Below, piece after piece: positions 24,957 through 33,675 of a stretch of DNA of 49,225 nt; positions within the stretch are counted from its first letter, which is position 1, and each line of letters begins with the position of its first letter. This DNA is from a virus. A program made the position numbers and the translations under genes. The notes beneath the pieces were generated by a model. The model was not told where the DNA came from. It saw nothing but the letters and a program-made list of their open reading frames with translations, and ran no database searches. The stretch lies in the IMG/VR virus record IMGVR_UViG_3300018405_000004; one strand, 5' to 3'.

Positions 24957-25478
24957 ATGAATGCCACTGAGTTATCCAAGATTCTCGAAGAGCATAAGGT
25001 CTACGTAACGTCATTCGGTGAGAACGGATCGAAAGCCAACCTGTACGGTGCCAACCTGCGCGGTGCCGACCTGCGCGGTGCCAACCTGCGCGGTGCCAAC
25101 CTGCGCGGTGCCGACCTGCGCGGTGCCAACCTGCGCGGTGCCAACCTGCGCGGTGCCAACCTGCGCGGTGCCGACCTGCGCGGTGCCAACCTGTACGGTG
25201 CCGACCTGTACGGTGCCGACCTGCCTGATCTCACTTTCGTAATCGTGGGTGAGAAGTACTTCATCAGCATCACTAACGGTGAATATGTCCGGGCCGGATG
25301 CCAGAATCACACCGCCGATGAATGGCGCAAATATAGCAAACACGACATCGCAGAAATGGATGGGCGTACCGCACTGAAATTCTATCCACGTTTGCTGGAT
25401 ATTATCGATTTCTATCTCAGCAAAGGCGAGAGGCCTGAATGGCTGACCAGCAAAGAATATGTTGAAGAGGTCGCATAA
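24957..25478 (+). CDS. Pentapeptide-repeat protein (173 aa) with a non-repeat C-terminal domain
   Basis: 13 consecutive A(N/D)L(R/Y)G pentapeptides. ATG at 24957 after GAGGG. Confidence 0.85.
   Translation: MNATELSKILEEHKVYVTSFGENGSKANLYGANLRGADLRGANLRGANLRGADLRGANLRGANLRGANLRGADLRGANLYGADLYGADLPDLTFVIVGEKYFISITNGEYVRAGCQNHTADEWRKYSKHDIAEMDGRTALKFYPRLLDIIDFYLSKGERPEWLTSKEYVEEVA
25035..25229 (+). repeat. Near-perfect 15-bp tandem repeat (12 full units plus 1 degenerate) encoding the pentapeptide coils
   Basis: Units GCC(A/G)ACCTG(CG/TA)CGGT read directly. A 45-bp superunit ([15 protein letters not shown]) is also visible. Confidence 0.95.
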
Positions 25479-25494
25479 CGCGGCCTTTTCTTTT
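25469..25494 (+). terminator. Intrinsic terminator overlapping the pentapeptide gene stop
   Basis: GGTCGC-ATAAC-GCGGCC followed by TTTTCTTTT. Confidence 0.6.
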
Positions 25495-25530
25495 GGTTAC
25501 GGCACGTTAATTAACTTATGAGGTGAGGAA

Positions 25531-25755
25531 ATGTTTCGAGAGCGGACAAGCTTGCGTTCACCAGAATGGCCTACTTTTGAATTTGATGACAGAGATGGGG
25601 ATACATGCAGCATACAGTTTTACGAAAATAGCAAAGGCGATGCGGGATTGGTTGAGCTACAGATTTACAGTGAGACGGGGTGCATGGTGCTCACTGATGA
25701 GCAGGCTTTATCCTTTGCTAAAAAGATAATCGAACATATCAAACCGGCTGCCTAA
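25531..25755 (+). CDS. Hypothetical acidic protein (74 aa)
   Basis: GGTGAGGAA SD. Confidence 0.55.
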   Translation: MFRERTSLRSPEWPTFEFDDRDGDTCSIQFYENSKGDAGLVELQIYSETGCMVLTDEQALSFAKKIIEHIKPAA

Positions 25756-25770
25756 TGGCGGCCTTTTTAT
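25745..25770 (+). terminator. Intrinsic terminator
   Basis: GGCTGCC-TAAT-GGCGGCC followed by TTTTTATT. Confidence 0.65.
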
Positions 25771-25797
25771 TGCCGCTATTTATAACAGGAGGGGAAT

Positions 25798-26160
25798 ATG
25801 AGCACGGGAATTGGTCGTCATGAATTCAGCACTAACCATCGAAACATATATAGGCCTGACCTGGCTATCTGTCCGTATTGCGGTTATGACAGTTGCGAGG
25901 CCGACCACTGCGATGTTGGTATAGGAATGGTTCAGTGCGGGCCTTATTACTGCCCGCAGTGCAATGCATCTGAAATTAGCAGTCTGGATAAGAGGGAGTT
26001 AACCGAGAGAGAAAAAGAAACCGGATGGTTTAAGCCTGGAAGTCCAGTCAGCGATGTTGCCAACACTGTAAACGGGCAACTCGTTAATCACAAAGAGGCC
26101 AAGCAGGCGTATGGCATTGGCTTGCTTGACGTAAAGAAATCTAGCTTTCCCACTGAGTAA
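25798..26160 (+). CDS. Zinc-ribbon protein (120 aa)
   Basis: AGGAGGGG SD. CPYC...C..DHC...CPQC cysteine pairs. Confidence 0.6.
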   Translation: MSTGIGRHEFSTNHRNIYRPDLAICPYCGYDSCEADHCDVGIGMVQCGPYYCPQCNASEISSLDKRELTEREKETGWFKPGSPVSDVANTVNGQLVNHKEAKQAYGIGLLDVKKSSFPTE

Positions 26161-26208
26161 CTCCTGATAGCTAATTCCCTGAGTTAGCTATCCGAAAGCC
26201 CTCAATTT

Positions 26209-26233
26209 GCCCTCTACGGAGGGCTTCTTTTTT
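26209..26233 (+). terminator. Intrinsic terminator
   Basis: GCCCTC-TACG-GAGGGC followed by TTCTTTTTT. A 9-bp-stem hairpin GATAGCTAA/TTAGCTATC precedes it at 26166-26192. Confidence 0.7.
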
Positions 26234-26244
26234 GCCTGGAGGAA

Positions 26245-26409
26245 ATGATGGAAGATAAGCAGCAAAGTTTCGAAGAAGTCACGCGACCACTGATTAAGTG
26301 GCTAGCTGAAAATGTTCACCCGCACCATTCGGTAATAGTAACCAGCACTCACGCTGAATTACTGGAAGGTCAGCAGGTTATTTCCACTGAAGAATACCTG
26401 AAAGACTAA
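26245..26409 (+). CDS. Hypothetical protein (54 aa)
   Basis: ORF below the track cutoff (MMEDKQQSFEEVTRPLIKWLAENVHPHH...). GGAGGAA SD. Terminators on both sides. Confidence 0.5.
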   Translation: MMEDKQQSFEEVTRPLIKWLAENVHPHHSVIVTSTHAELLEGQQVISTEEYLKD

Positions 26410-26417
26410 ATAATCAA

Positions 26418-26436
26418 GCCGCCTCGTGCGGCTTTG
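26418..26436 (+). terminator. Weak intrinsic terminator or hairpin
   Basis: GCCGC-CTCGT-GCGGC followed by TTTG. Confidence 0.4.
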
Positions 26437-26494
26437 CATCTGAGTAATGGTTGTTAGCCATTAGCCAAATGCAAACACACATAAGGAGTAAGCA

Positions 26495-27496
26495 ATGAGT
26501 GAGGTGAATTTAACGTTGGTTGAGACTAATCCCGAGCAAGCTCCGGCGCTATATGCGCCACAAGGACTTGATGCTTTTCTTGAGCAGATCCGAGAGATGG
26601 CAAAGGAAGTCCCTGATGTAAACACGCAAAAAGGACGAGACCGAATTGGATCTCTGGCTCGCGCTGTAGGCTCAAGTAAAAAAGCTATTGAAGAGCCGGG
26701 GCGAGCCTATCTTAAAAGACTGAAGGAAGCTGTAAAACCTGCCGAAGCGGAAATTAAACGCTTCGTTGACTCTTGTGATGAAATTCGTGACGCAATCCTT
26801 AAGCCCCGGCAGGAATGGGAGTTGGAGCAGGAACGCATTAAGGCAGAAGAGTCAATGAATGCGATGCACTCTGAAGCGCTGGTAATGAACGAAAACATAG
26901 ATCTTCAACGTGCCATTCAGCTTGAAAATGACCACGAAATAGCCCTGATGATGGATAGATATTTCGATCAGGAAAAGGCAGAGAAAGCAGCCGAAGCTGA
27001 ACGCCAGCGCATTGCTCACGAAGAAGAGTTAAAGCGCCAGGCGGCAGAGAAAGCCAAACGTGAAGCAGCAGAGGCAGCGCAGCGTGAAATCGACGCAGCG
27101 GCAGCCCGGGAGCGTGAAGCGCTGTTAGCGAAGGAGCGTGCAGAGCGTGAAGCCAAGGACGCGGCTGACAAAGCCGAGCGCGAGAAGAAAGAAGCCGCTG
27201 AACGGGCTGAGCGTGAAAAGCAGGAAGCTATCGCAGCAGAACAGCGCAAAGCTCAGGAAGAAGCCGATCGCATTCGCCGGGAAGCAGAAGACAAAGAGAA
27301 ATCTCGCCTGGCAGAAGAACAACGCATTGCCGATGAAGCTGCCGCCCGTGCTGCTAACGAGAAGCACCGCAAAGCAATCGGTGCGGCAGTGGTTAAGGCA
27401 CTGACTGAGACTACCAGCCTGAGCCGCGAACAAGCTATTGAAGTCCTCTCTGCACTGAAAGACAACAAAATCCCGCATACCAGCATCACCTACTAA
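26495..27496 (+). CDS. Coiled-coil protein with a TolA-like E/A/K/R-rich central region (333 aa)
   Basis: AAGGAG SD. Low-complexity AEREAKDAADKAEREKKEAAERAEREKQEA segment. Function unknown. Confidence 0.6.
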   Translation: MSEVNLTLVETNPEQAPALYAPQGLDAFLEQIREMAKEVPDVNTQKGRDRIGSLARAVGSSKKAIEEPGRAYLKRLKEAVKPAEAEIKRFVDSCDEIRDAILKPRQEWELEQERIKAEESMNAMHSEALVMNENIDLQRAIQLENDHEIALMMDRYFDQEKAEKAAEAERQRIAHEEELKRQAAEKAKREAAEAAQREIDAAAAREREALLAKERAEREAKDAADKAEREKKEAAERAEREKQEAIAAEQRKAQEEADRIRREAEDKEKSRLAEEQRIADEAAARAANEKHRKAIGAAVVKALTETTSLSREQAIEVLSALKDNKIPHTSITY

Positions 27497-27523
27497 TCAA
27501 TTCAAATTAACAGGAATCCCACG

Positions 27524-27697
27524 ATGACATTAGCTATCGCGGGCGGTGCCGTCGTGGCTCGCCCTTTCGACCCCATTTTATCTATTCAGCACTCACGCAG
27601 AAATATCCTTACCGGTGCTGATTTCAAACAACCTCGCATCAAGAGCTTACTAGAGCGCCTGGTGGAGTTTCTTAATCAGAAGGCGATGCAGCCATGA
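27524..27697 (+). CDS. Hypothetical protein (57 aa)
   Basis: ORF below the track cutoff. ATGA overlap with the next ORF. Confidence 0.4.
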   Translation: MTLAIAGGAVVARPFDPILSIQHSRRNILTGADFKQPRIKSLLERLVEFLNQKAMQP

Positions 27698-27792
27698 GTT
27701 GCCGCGATATGACCGATGAGCAATTCGCTCGCCTGATGAAAGACCTCGGCGTACCGGTGAAATTACCTGAGCCTCAGAAGGAGGAATCATGA
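27694..27792 (+). CDS. Hypothetical peptide (32 aa)
   Basis: Bridges two genes through ATGA overlaps at both ends. Confidence 0.35.
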   Translation: MSCRDMTDEQFARLMKDLGVPVKLPEPQKEES

Positions 27793-27971
27793 TACCCGTC
27801 GAATTAGCCAGAACGACAGAAGAAAGCCGACTGAAGCGCGTCTGTTACCTCGCTGAAGCTCGTTACTGGCGAAAGGTAGGTAATCGTAGCCAGAAGCAAA
27901 CCTCTCTCCGCCTGGCGCGTTATGAGCGCCTATCCAGTCGTGATTTTCTCGGCGATGAATTGCCGTTCTGA
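27789..27971 (+). CDS. Hypothetical basic protein (60 aa)
   Basis: GGAGGAA SD. Lies directly upstream of erf. Confidence 0.5.
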   Translation: MIPVELARTTEESRLKRVCYLAEARYWRKVGNRSQKQTSLRLARYERLSSRDFLGDELPF

Positions 27972-27979
27972 GGTGAAAT

Positions 27980-28606
27980 ATGGAATCGAAAAAGGTTTAT
28001 GCCGCGATAAGCGGTGTTGCGTCTGCACTGGCTGAGCAGGGTATTCGCAAGGAGCGAAAACAAGGAAGTCAGGTCAACTATGCGTTTCGTGGCATTGATG
28101 ACATTTACAATGCACTGGCCCCTGAGTTGGTCAAGCATAAGCTCCTCATCCTCCCCCGCTACACCGAGCGTGCCAGCGTAGAGCGTACCAGTAAGAATGG
28201 CGGTGCGCTTTTCTACATCACCGTGCGCGGAGACTTCGACTTTGTGAGCACCGAAGACGGCAGCATCCATACGGTAACGACATACGGTGAAGCAATGGAC
28301 AGCGGCGACAAGGCCACAAACAAGGCTATGTCCATCGCCTACAAGTACGCTGCGTTCCAGGCGTTCTGCATCCCGACAGAGGAGACCGCAGTCGATGCTG
28401 ATGCAGAGGTTCACTCTGTAACTCCGCGCGCGCCGGATGAAATCCTGAAAGACTTCTCATCTCAGGCAGCTGATTGTCAGTCGGTAGCGGAGCTAAGAGG
28501 GATTTACAAGCCAGCATGGAATGCTCTGGCCTCATCACCGGTACACCAACAGAAATGCGTCGAGGTATTCCAGACGCGCGGCAAAGAACTACAGAAGGCG
28601 GCATAA
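27980..28606 (+). CDS. erf: Erf-family single-strand annealing recombinase
   Basis: 208 aa. YAFRGIDDIYNALAPELVKHKL...GEAMDSGDKATNKAMSIAYKYA matches the ERF superfamily pattern. Confidence 0.85.
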   Translation: MESKKVYAAISGVASALAEQGIRKERKQGSQVNYAFRGIDDIYNALAPELVKHKLLILPRYTERASVERTSKNGGALFYITVRGDFDFVSTEDGSIHTVTTYGEAMDSGDKATNKAMSIAYKYAAFQAFCIPTEETAVDADAEVHSVTPRAPDEILKDFSSQAADCQSVAELRGIYKPAWNALASSPVHQQKCVEVFQTRGKELQKAA

Positions 28607-29089
28607 ATGTCCAGAGGCGTAAACAAAGTAATCATCATCGGACGATTGGGGCAAGACCCGGAGGTGCGTTACGCGCCTTCTGGTGCTGCTTTCGCAAATA
28701 TGGCCGTAGCCACATCGGAATCGTGGCGCGACAAGGCTACTGGAGAGCAGAAGGAGCAAACCGAATGGCATCGCGTAGTGCTGAGCGGAAAACTGGCTGA
28801 GATTGCTGGCGAGTATCTACGTAAGGGTGCTGAGGTTTACCTAGAAGGTAAGCTGCGCACAAGGAAATGGACTGACCAGAGCGGTGTAGAAAAGTACACA
28901 ACAGAGGTTCTGGTTGGAGTTGGCGGAACAATGCAGATGCTTGGTGGCAAGAAAGAGTCTGACCCGGCAACACAGAAACCCAAAGCAGCGCAGCAGCAGC
29001 AGGCAGAGCCGCCGATGAATTTCGACGAAGATATACCCTTTGCGCCGATTGGCCTGCAACACAGCAACGCTTACCTGCACTGCATCTGA
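28607..29089 (+). CDS. ssb: Single-stranded DNA-binding protein with a 15-aa extension past the DEDIPF tip
   Basis: OB-fold N-terminus [18 protein letters not shown]...TEWHRVV. Acidic tip NFDEDIPF followed by [15 protein letters not shown]. Confidence 0.9.
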   Translation: MSRGVNKVIIIGRLGQDPEVRYAPSGAAFANMAVATSESWRDKATGEQKEQTEWHRVVLSGKLAEIAGEYLRKGAEVYLEGKLRTRKWTDQSGVEKYTTEVLVGVGGTMQMLGGKKESDPATQKPKAAQQQQAEPPMNFDEDIPFAPIGLQHSNAYLHCI

Positions 29090-29155
29090 TTTAACCACTC
29101 TGTAATCACCTTATTTCACCTCACGGAGGCGGGTTAACCACACCCGCAATTCGCT

Positions 29156-29476
29156 ATGTACGAAATATCAAGACGTAAGCACTATTCGAAAGAAACGCTT
29201 ATTCGGATGCTCAGCAGAGATGAGAGAAACCGTGTATGCGAATACTGGGCCGGAATGGTTGCAGGGAAAGAAGGTAGCCATACCGGCGGGATTAACCTGG
29301 TGACATACGAACCGCTATGCGCAGGGTGGGCACCGCTGCTGGAGGAGAAGTCGATATTCATCAGCGCACCTGAGCTTGAGTCCGTAAAGGATGCCTGCGA
29401 CGCAGCTCCATGGGGTGGCCCAACGATGGGTGGAATTGAGTATCGACTTAAACCTGAATTCAGGAGTCCATCATGA
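29156..29476 (+). CDS. Hypothetical protein (106 aa)
   Basis: ORF with no clear SD. ATGA overlap with the next gene. Confidence 0.45.
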   Translation: MYEISRRKHYSKETLIRMLSRDERNRVCEYWAGMVAGKEGSHTGGINLVTYEPLCAGWAPLLEEKSIFISAPELESVKDACDAAPWGGPTMGGIEYRLKPEFRSPS

Positions 29477-29766
29477 GTGAATACAAATGCTGCCTGTGCG
29501 GAAAAATCTGCGATGGATATTCCTGTTATGAATATCGCGGATTCACTTCCTGCGAAGAACATTTCGACCAGGTAATTGAGAAAGTAGATATACGCAGGGC
29601 TGAAATAATCGCCAGAAGCAACGCCGTTACAAAAACTCTTGCTGGACTTGACATTGACCCACGCAGCGTAATTGGACGCGCAAATCGCGAGTTGTTAGCT
29701 CCAGCCATTGAGGTGGCAGGCAAAGAAACTTTGGCAGAACAACAGTATTGCCGGGGAGAGCTTTGA
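29473..29766 (+). CDS. Cys-rich (zinc-finger-like) protein (97 aa)
   Basis: CCLCGKICDGYSCYEYRGFTSCEEH. Confidence 0.5.
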   Translation: MSEYKCCLCGKICDGYSCYEYRGFTSCEEHFDQVIEKVDIRRAEIIARSNAVTKTLAGLDIDPRSVIGRANRELLAPAIEVAGKETLAEQQYCRGEL

Positions 29767-29767
29767 A

Positions 29768-29923
29768 ATGAGAAACGGCACGTACGACCCAGGAATAATG
29801 CCGCATGAGTTAGTCGCACGTCAGTGTATCAAACCCTACCCTCCCCGCTCTGAACTCTTTCAACGCAATAGCTTCGATAACGAGCATCGTCTCGCTAATA
29901 ACAAATACCTCACTGCAGATTAA
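29768..29923 (+). CDS. Hypothetical protein (51 aa)
   Basis: ATG 2 nt after the upstream stop. The longer track ORF starting at 29708 overlaps the previous gene and is rejected. Confidence 0.4.
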   Translation: MRNGTYDPGIMPHELVARQCIKPYPPRSELFQRNSFDNEHRLANNKYLTAD

Positions 29924-29936
29924 AGGAGATGCAGAG

Positions 29937-30758
29937 ATGAAAAATGAATCGGACGTCCAGAAAATAATTCAGGAAATAAACGCAACAAAGAGGAACCGGA
30001 AATACTGCATCTCCCTCCATCAGACACTATCAAGTGATGGCTATGTCAGAAGCATTGTTAATTGGACTCGCGTAACAAAACCAGAGCGAATTGACGCCCT
30101 TGTTGAGCATATTGAGAAATGTGATGCCGAAGTGAAATCACTACGCGAGCAGGTGCGCCAGCTGACTGAGCAGCGCGACGCAGTGGTGAACATGTTTGGC
30201 GAGATTAAAGAGATTACAGGGTTTAAACATCGCTACTTCATAACTTCGAAGGGATATATGTTTTCCCTTGCGTCGGGGAAATTAAAGCAATTAACCCCAT
30301 CAGCCAGAGGAAAGGACAGAAATAAATATCTCTTTGTCAGGTTTGAGCGGGACGGGAAGATTGAAAATGTCACGGTGCACCGAATGGTTGCAGATCACTT
30401 CCTTGGCGGCAAACCTTCCCCTGAACTTGTTATTAACCACAAAGATGGGAATAAGCAGAATAACAATGCTGAAAACCTTGAATGGGTAACCCTGTCTCAA
30501 AATATCCAGCACGCATACGACAATGGATTAGCTGGAGGCATAAGGCATGGGGCATTTAAAGGACCAATCTGCGCAGAGCGAGATGATGGATTCGGTTACG
30601 TGATGTTTGGCACTCGACAAATTAAAGCGTCAGGCTTTGATCCCGGCAGTGTCAGTAACGCCATCAGGAGAGGGCGTGGAAATATCCGCGGATTCAGATT
30701 CTCAAGATTAACAACCACCCGCCAGCTTCGCGAGAGCAAAGGAGCTAACCATGAGTAA
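29937..30758 (+). CDS. Free-standing HNH homing endonuclease (NUMOD4 plus HNH_3)
   Basis: IKEITGFKHRYFITSKGYMFS (NUMOD4-like). VHRMVADHFLG...INHKDGNKQNNNAENLEWVT..QN (HNH). AT-rich. Confidence 0.85.
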   Translation: MKNESDVQKIIQEINATKRNRKYCISLHQTLSSDGYVRSIVNWTRVTKPERIDALVEHIEKCDAEVKSLREQVRQLTEQRDAVVNMFGEIKEITGFKHRYFITSKGYMFSLASGKLKQLTPSARGKDRNKYLFVRFERDGKIENVTVHRMVADHFLGGKPSPELVINHKDGNKQNNNAENLEWVTLSQNIQHAYDNGLAGGIRHGAFKGPICAERDDGFGYVMFGTRQIKASGFDPGSVSNAIRRGRGNIRGFRFSRLTTTRQLRESKGANHE

Positions 30759-31431
30759 TCCAATCACGGTTGGCCTTTCCGGGCTGACGAATCGTATTTT
30801 TGCTGGTCGCTCAAAAGCGAGCAAACTGGCACCCGGTGTACGGAAATTTGTGGGTGAAAAGTTCGATGTTACTGATGAGGCGTTGTTCGCTGTAGCACAC
30901 CTGCTTATTGCTCGTGACGATGTCCTGGTGTTCCCGGCTGCGAATGGGAAAGAAATTCACCTTCGTGCTGACCTGAAAGACAAGCCTGCCGTAGTCGAGA
31001 GCAAAGGAGGTTGCATGACAGCACAATTACCGAGCAAAGAGCTACTTAAGGCCACCATTGCTGACTGGGAGGCCGCTCGCGAAGAAATACCGTTTGGTCT
31101 GGGTGAGGAAGGTGACAACACGCTGGCAGCCTTAAAATTCGCGCTGGCGGCGCATGAGCAAGAGCCGGTGTATCAGGTGTTCGAGCCAAGCGACGGTCGG
31201 TGGGTGGATCTTGATGATGAAGAGGAAATGATTCGCCTGAGAAGCATCGGTGGAGAAGTTCGCACGCTTTACGCCCACCCCGCGCCATCAATCCCGGCAG
31301 CGGTGCCGGAGGAAAGAACGTGGCTATTCTATTGCGAGAAGTACCCAGAAATGCCTATGGGAGACGCGATTATCAGGGCGGTGGAATGGAACGCCTGCCG
31401 CGCCGCCATGCTCAGCGGGGGTAAATCATGA
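30751..31431 (+). CDS. Ead/Ea22-like protein (226 aa)
   Basis: C-terminal EWNACRAAMLSG is typical of Ead/Ea22-like early proteins. Confidence 0.55.
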   Translation: MSNPITVGLSGLTNRIFAGRSKASKLAPGVRKFVGEKFDVTDEALFAVAHLLIARDDVLVFPAANGKEIHLRADLKDKPAVVESKGGCMTAQLPSKELLKATIADWEAAREEIPFGLGEEGDNTLAALKFALAAHEQEPVYQVFEPSDGRWVDLDDEEEMIRLRSIGGEVRTLYAHPAPSIPAAVPEERTWLFYCEKYPEMPMGDAIIRAVEWNACRAAMLSGGKS

Positions 31432-31829
31432 AAAATATCGAGCCAATCCCGGCATTGGCGCTGGATGATTTGTTGAGTATGGCCGCATCAGCGATAGAAG
31501 ACCTGCTGGACCACTGCGACCCTAATACTGATTACTATTCTGGAGTTTGGGCCGATGTGCCTGGTAGGTTGCGAGCCGCCATGCGCCACCATTCCGGTGA
31601 CGTCACCGATAAGGCTGAACCCGGCTGGATTCCCGTAAGCGAGCGATTGCCGGAATCAAACACTTTCGTTTTGGTAAGCAATGGCGTATGGGTTGGACAG
31701 GGAGCATACAACGACTCCGAACACCTAGATGCTGATGAGCACTGGCAGGATGAACATCATGAGTTCATCAATTTGCTACACCACCCGGTAACACACTGGC
31801 AACCTCTGCCAGCAGCGCCGAAGGTTTAG
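31428..31829 (+). CDS. DUF551-domain protein
   Basis: WIPVSERLPE...VTHWQPLPAAP. Confidence 0.7.
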   Translation: MKNIEPIPALALDDLLSMAASAIEDLLDHCDPNTDYYSGVWADVPGRLRAAMRHHSGDVTDKAEPGWIPVSERLPESNTFVLVSNGVWVGQGAYNDSEHLDADEHWQDEHHEFINLLHHPVTHWQPLPAAPKV

Positions 31830-31831
31830 CC

Positions 31832-31906
31832 ATGCCCTCTCCCTTCGTAGCGGTGATATTCGTGCTGCTCACCGTGGCAGCACTCAGTGAACTTAAACTC
31901 TGGTAA
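31832..31906 (+). CDS. Candidate 24-aa hydrophobic peptide
   Basis: MPSPFVAVIFVLLTVAALSELKLW. The ATG lies 2 nt after the DUF551 gene stop. No SD. Confidence 0.3.
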   Translation: MPSPFVAVIFVLLTVAALSELKLW

Positions 31907-31941
31907 CTCGCTGCGTCGGGTTTTGTTTTATGGAGGATGTG

Positions 31942-32181
31942 ATGGGAAAAGTAACGCTTGTCGTTGATTTCGAGGATGGTAGCGAGCCATCGGTGCACGG
32001 CAACATGCCGGTGCTTGGTGGAAGGTTAAGCGCGGTTTTATGGAGCGATTACCGTGATGATTTCTTCGATCCTGAGCATATTGATATTGTTCGAGAGGCT
32101 CTTGATGAAGCCATAGTTGATGATGTTGATGAAAGGATTCATGAAGAAATCATCAACCGAATGGAGTTGCTGAGCAAGTAA
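31942..32181 (+). CDS. Hypothetical acidic protein (79 aa)
   Basis: GGAGGA SD before the ATG at 31942. Confidence 0.55.
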   Translation: MGKVTLVVDFEDGSEPSVHGNMPVLGGRLSAVLWSDYRDDFFDPEHIDIVREALDEAIVDDVDERIHEEIINRMELLSK

Positions 32182-32200
32182 CCCACCACGCCACCACTAA

Positions 32201-32222
32201 CCGCCCACTGAGGCGGTTTTTT
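32201..32222 (+). terminator. Intrinsic terminator upstream of xis
   Basis: CCGCC-CACTGA-GGCGG followed by TTTTTTATTT. Confidence 0.7.
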
Positions 32223-32239
32223 ATTTCCGGAGATAACCA

Positions 32240-32575
32240 ATGGTTTCAGAAAAGCCCCTCACCGCGCAGCAGGCGGCGGAACTCCTGATCGTCTCGCCAA
32301 GAACCATCTACCGGCTTATCGACTCCGGAGAGCTTGCAGGTAAAAAGGTTGGCAACAAATATCGGACCACCGACGAAGCCTGTATTGCGTATTTGAATAA
32401 CCCGCGTGATCCTGTTGCTGCGAGCGCGGGTGAGCATAAAGGAGATAACCTATGTCCATCACCCTCAGAGGCGGCGTATGGCACTGTCATTTCGTTACAC
32501 CGTCAGGGAAAAGAGTTAGACAGTCTCTTGGTACGGGGGACAAGAAGCAGGCTCAGGAGCTGCACGACAAGCTGA
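32240..32575 (+). CDS. xis: Excisionase (MerR-type HTH excisionase family)
   Basis: [36 protein letters not shown]. The frame runs 124 nt into int. Confidence 0.65.
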   Translation: MVSEKPLTAQQAAELLIVSPRTIYRLIDSGELAGKKVGNKYRTTDEACIAYLNNPRDPVAASAGEHKGDNLCPSPSEAAYGTVISLHRQGKELDSLLVRGTRSRLRSCTTS

Positions 32576-33615
32576 AGTCTGATGCATGGAGAGTGGATAA
32601 GATCGGGGAGCTTCCAGCGCGCACATTCGAAGAGTGCTGCATACGCTGGATAAAGGAAAAGGAGCACAAGCGATCACTGGATGATGACAGGGCGAAGATT
32701 GAATATTTCCTTCGTCATTTCTCCGGTCGTGACATTTCCACTATAACGGCTGAACAGGTTCACGAGGCAGTATCCAGGATGGTTAACCGCAAGCATATTC
32801 AGGTGTGGGAGTCTCGCAGGGATGCGGCGATCAGGAGAGGGAAAGAACCACCGCCGTATGCAGATAAACCGGTAAGCCTGGCAACGAAGAGCCAGCACCT
32901 GTCATTCATGCGGTCACTGCTGAAGGCGGCAACCAACGACTGGGGATGGATAAAGTCTCACCCCGCCATCAAGGTAAGGAAGCCGGTAAGCAAGAGGATT
33001 CGATGGTTAACCAGGGATGAGGCTGAACGCCTGATTGATTGTATGCCCGAGAGCATAAAGCAGGTGGTGATTTTCGCACTGGCAACCGGCCTGCGCCGCT
33101 CCAACATTATTGGTCTGGAGTGGCAGCAGGTCGATATGCAGAGAAAGGTTGCATGGGTAAACCCAGAGAACGCGAAGGCGGGCAAAGCTATCGGCGTGGC
33201 TCTGAATGATACCGCATGCAGGGTTTTGCGTGGGCAGATCGGGAAACACTCGCGATTCGTTTTTGTTCACACCAAAGCAAAGCATCGCCCTGATGGAACA
33301 CTGACCCCGGAAGTCAGGAAAATGCGGGTTGACGACAATAACGCCTGGTACGCCGGGTTAAAGAAAGCCGGCATTGATGATTTCCGGTTTCACGACCTGA
33401 GACATACCTGGGCAAGTTGGCTAATCCAGTCAGGTGTTCCACTTTCTGTTTTGCAGGAAATGGGCGGCTGGGAGTCGATAGAAATGGTGCGTCGTTATGC
33501 TCACCTGGCACCAAACCATTTGACCGAGCACGCACGGAAAATTGACGCCATTTTTGGCAGTCATGACACAAATACGACACAAGGAGAAAATCAGGCAGGA
33601 TTAAAACTAGCGTAA
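32452..33615 (+). CDS. int: Tyrosine integrase
   Basis: 387 aa. AGGAG SD. Catalytic-region motifs [30 protein letters not shown]. Confidence 0.9.
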   Translation: MSITLRGGVWHCHFVTPSGKRVRQSLGTGDKKQAQELHDKLKSDAWRVDKIGELPARTFEECCIRWIKEKEHKRSLDDDRAKIEYFLRHFSGRDISTITAEQVHEAVSRMVNRKHIQVWESRRDAAIRRGKEPPPYADKPVSLATKSQHLSFMRSLLKAATNDWGWIKSHPAIKVRKPVSKRIRWLTRDEAERLIDCMPESIKQVVIFALATGLRRSNIIGLEWQQVDMQRKVAWVNPENAKAGKAIGVALNDTACRVLRGQIGKHSRFVFVHTKAKHRPDGTLTPEVRKMRVDDNNAWYAGLKKAGIDDFRFHDLRHTWASWLIQSGVPLSVLQEMGGWESIEMVRRYAHLAPNHLTEHARKIDAIFGSHDTNTTQGENQAGLKLA

Positions 33616-33630
33616 CATACTGATTCGAAA

Positions 33631-33675
33631 TGGTACGCCCTGTAGGATTCGAACCTACGACCTACGGCTTAGAAG
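33631..33675 (-). other. attP core: 3' 45 nt of a tRNA-Arg(UCU)-like gene (anticodon loop to CCA)
   Basis: On the minus strand: CTTCTAAG-CCGTAGGTC-GTAGG-TTCGAAT-CCTAC-AGGGCGTACCA. No D-arm or 5' half upstream. Lies 16 nt after the int stop. Confidence 0.7.

Noticed and set aside
25001-25343. 15-bp repeat array considered as a CRISPR or VNTR non-coding array; alternative-frame ORFs (PTCAV.., RRLAP.., VGTAQ..)
   Set aside because: There are no spacers, and the units are contiguous and in frame with a bona fide pentapeptide-repeat protein. The other frames are by-products of the repeat.
27000-27330. Apparent DNA repeats and several antisense or alternative-frame ORFs in the E/A/K/R-rich region
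   Set aside because: This is low-complexity coding sequence of the 333-aa coiled-coil protein. The repeats are imperfect and codon-driven.
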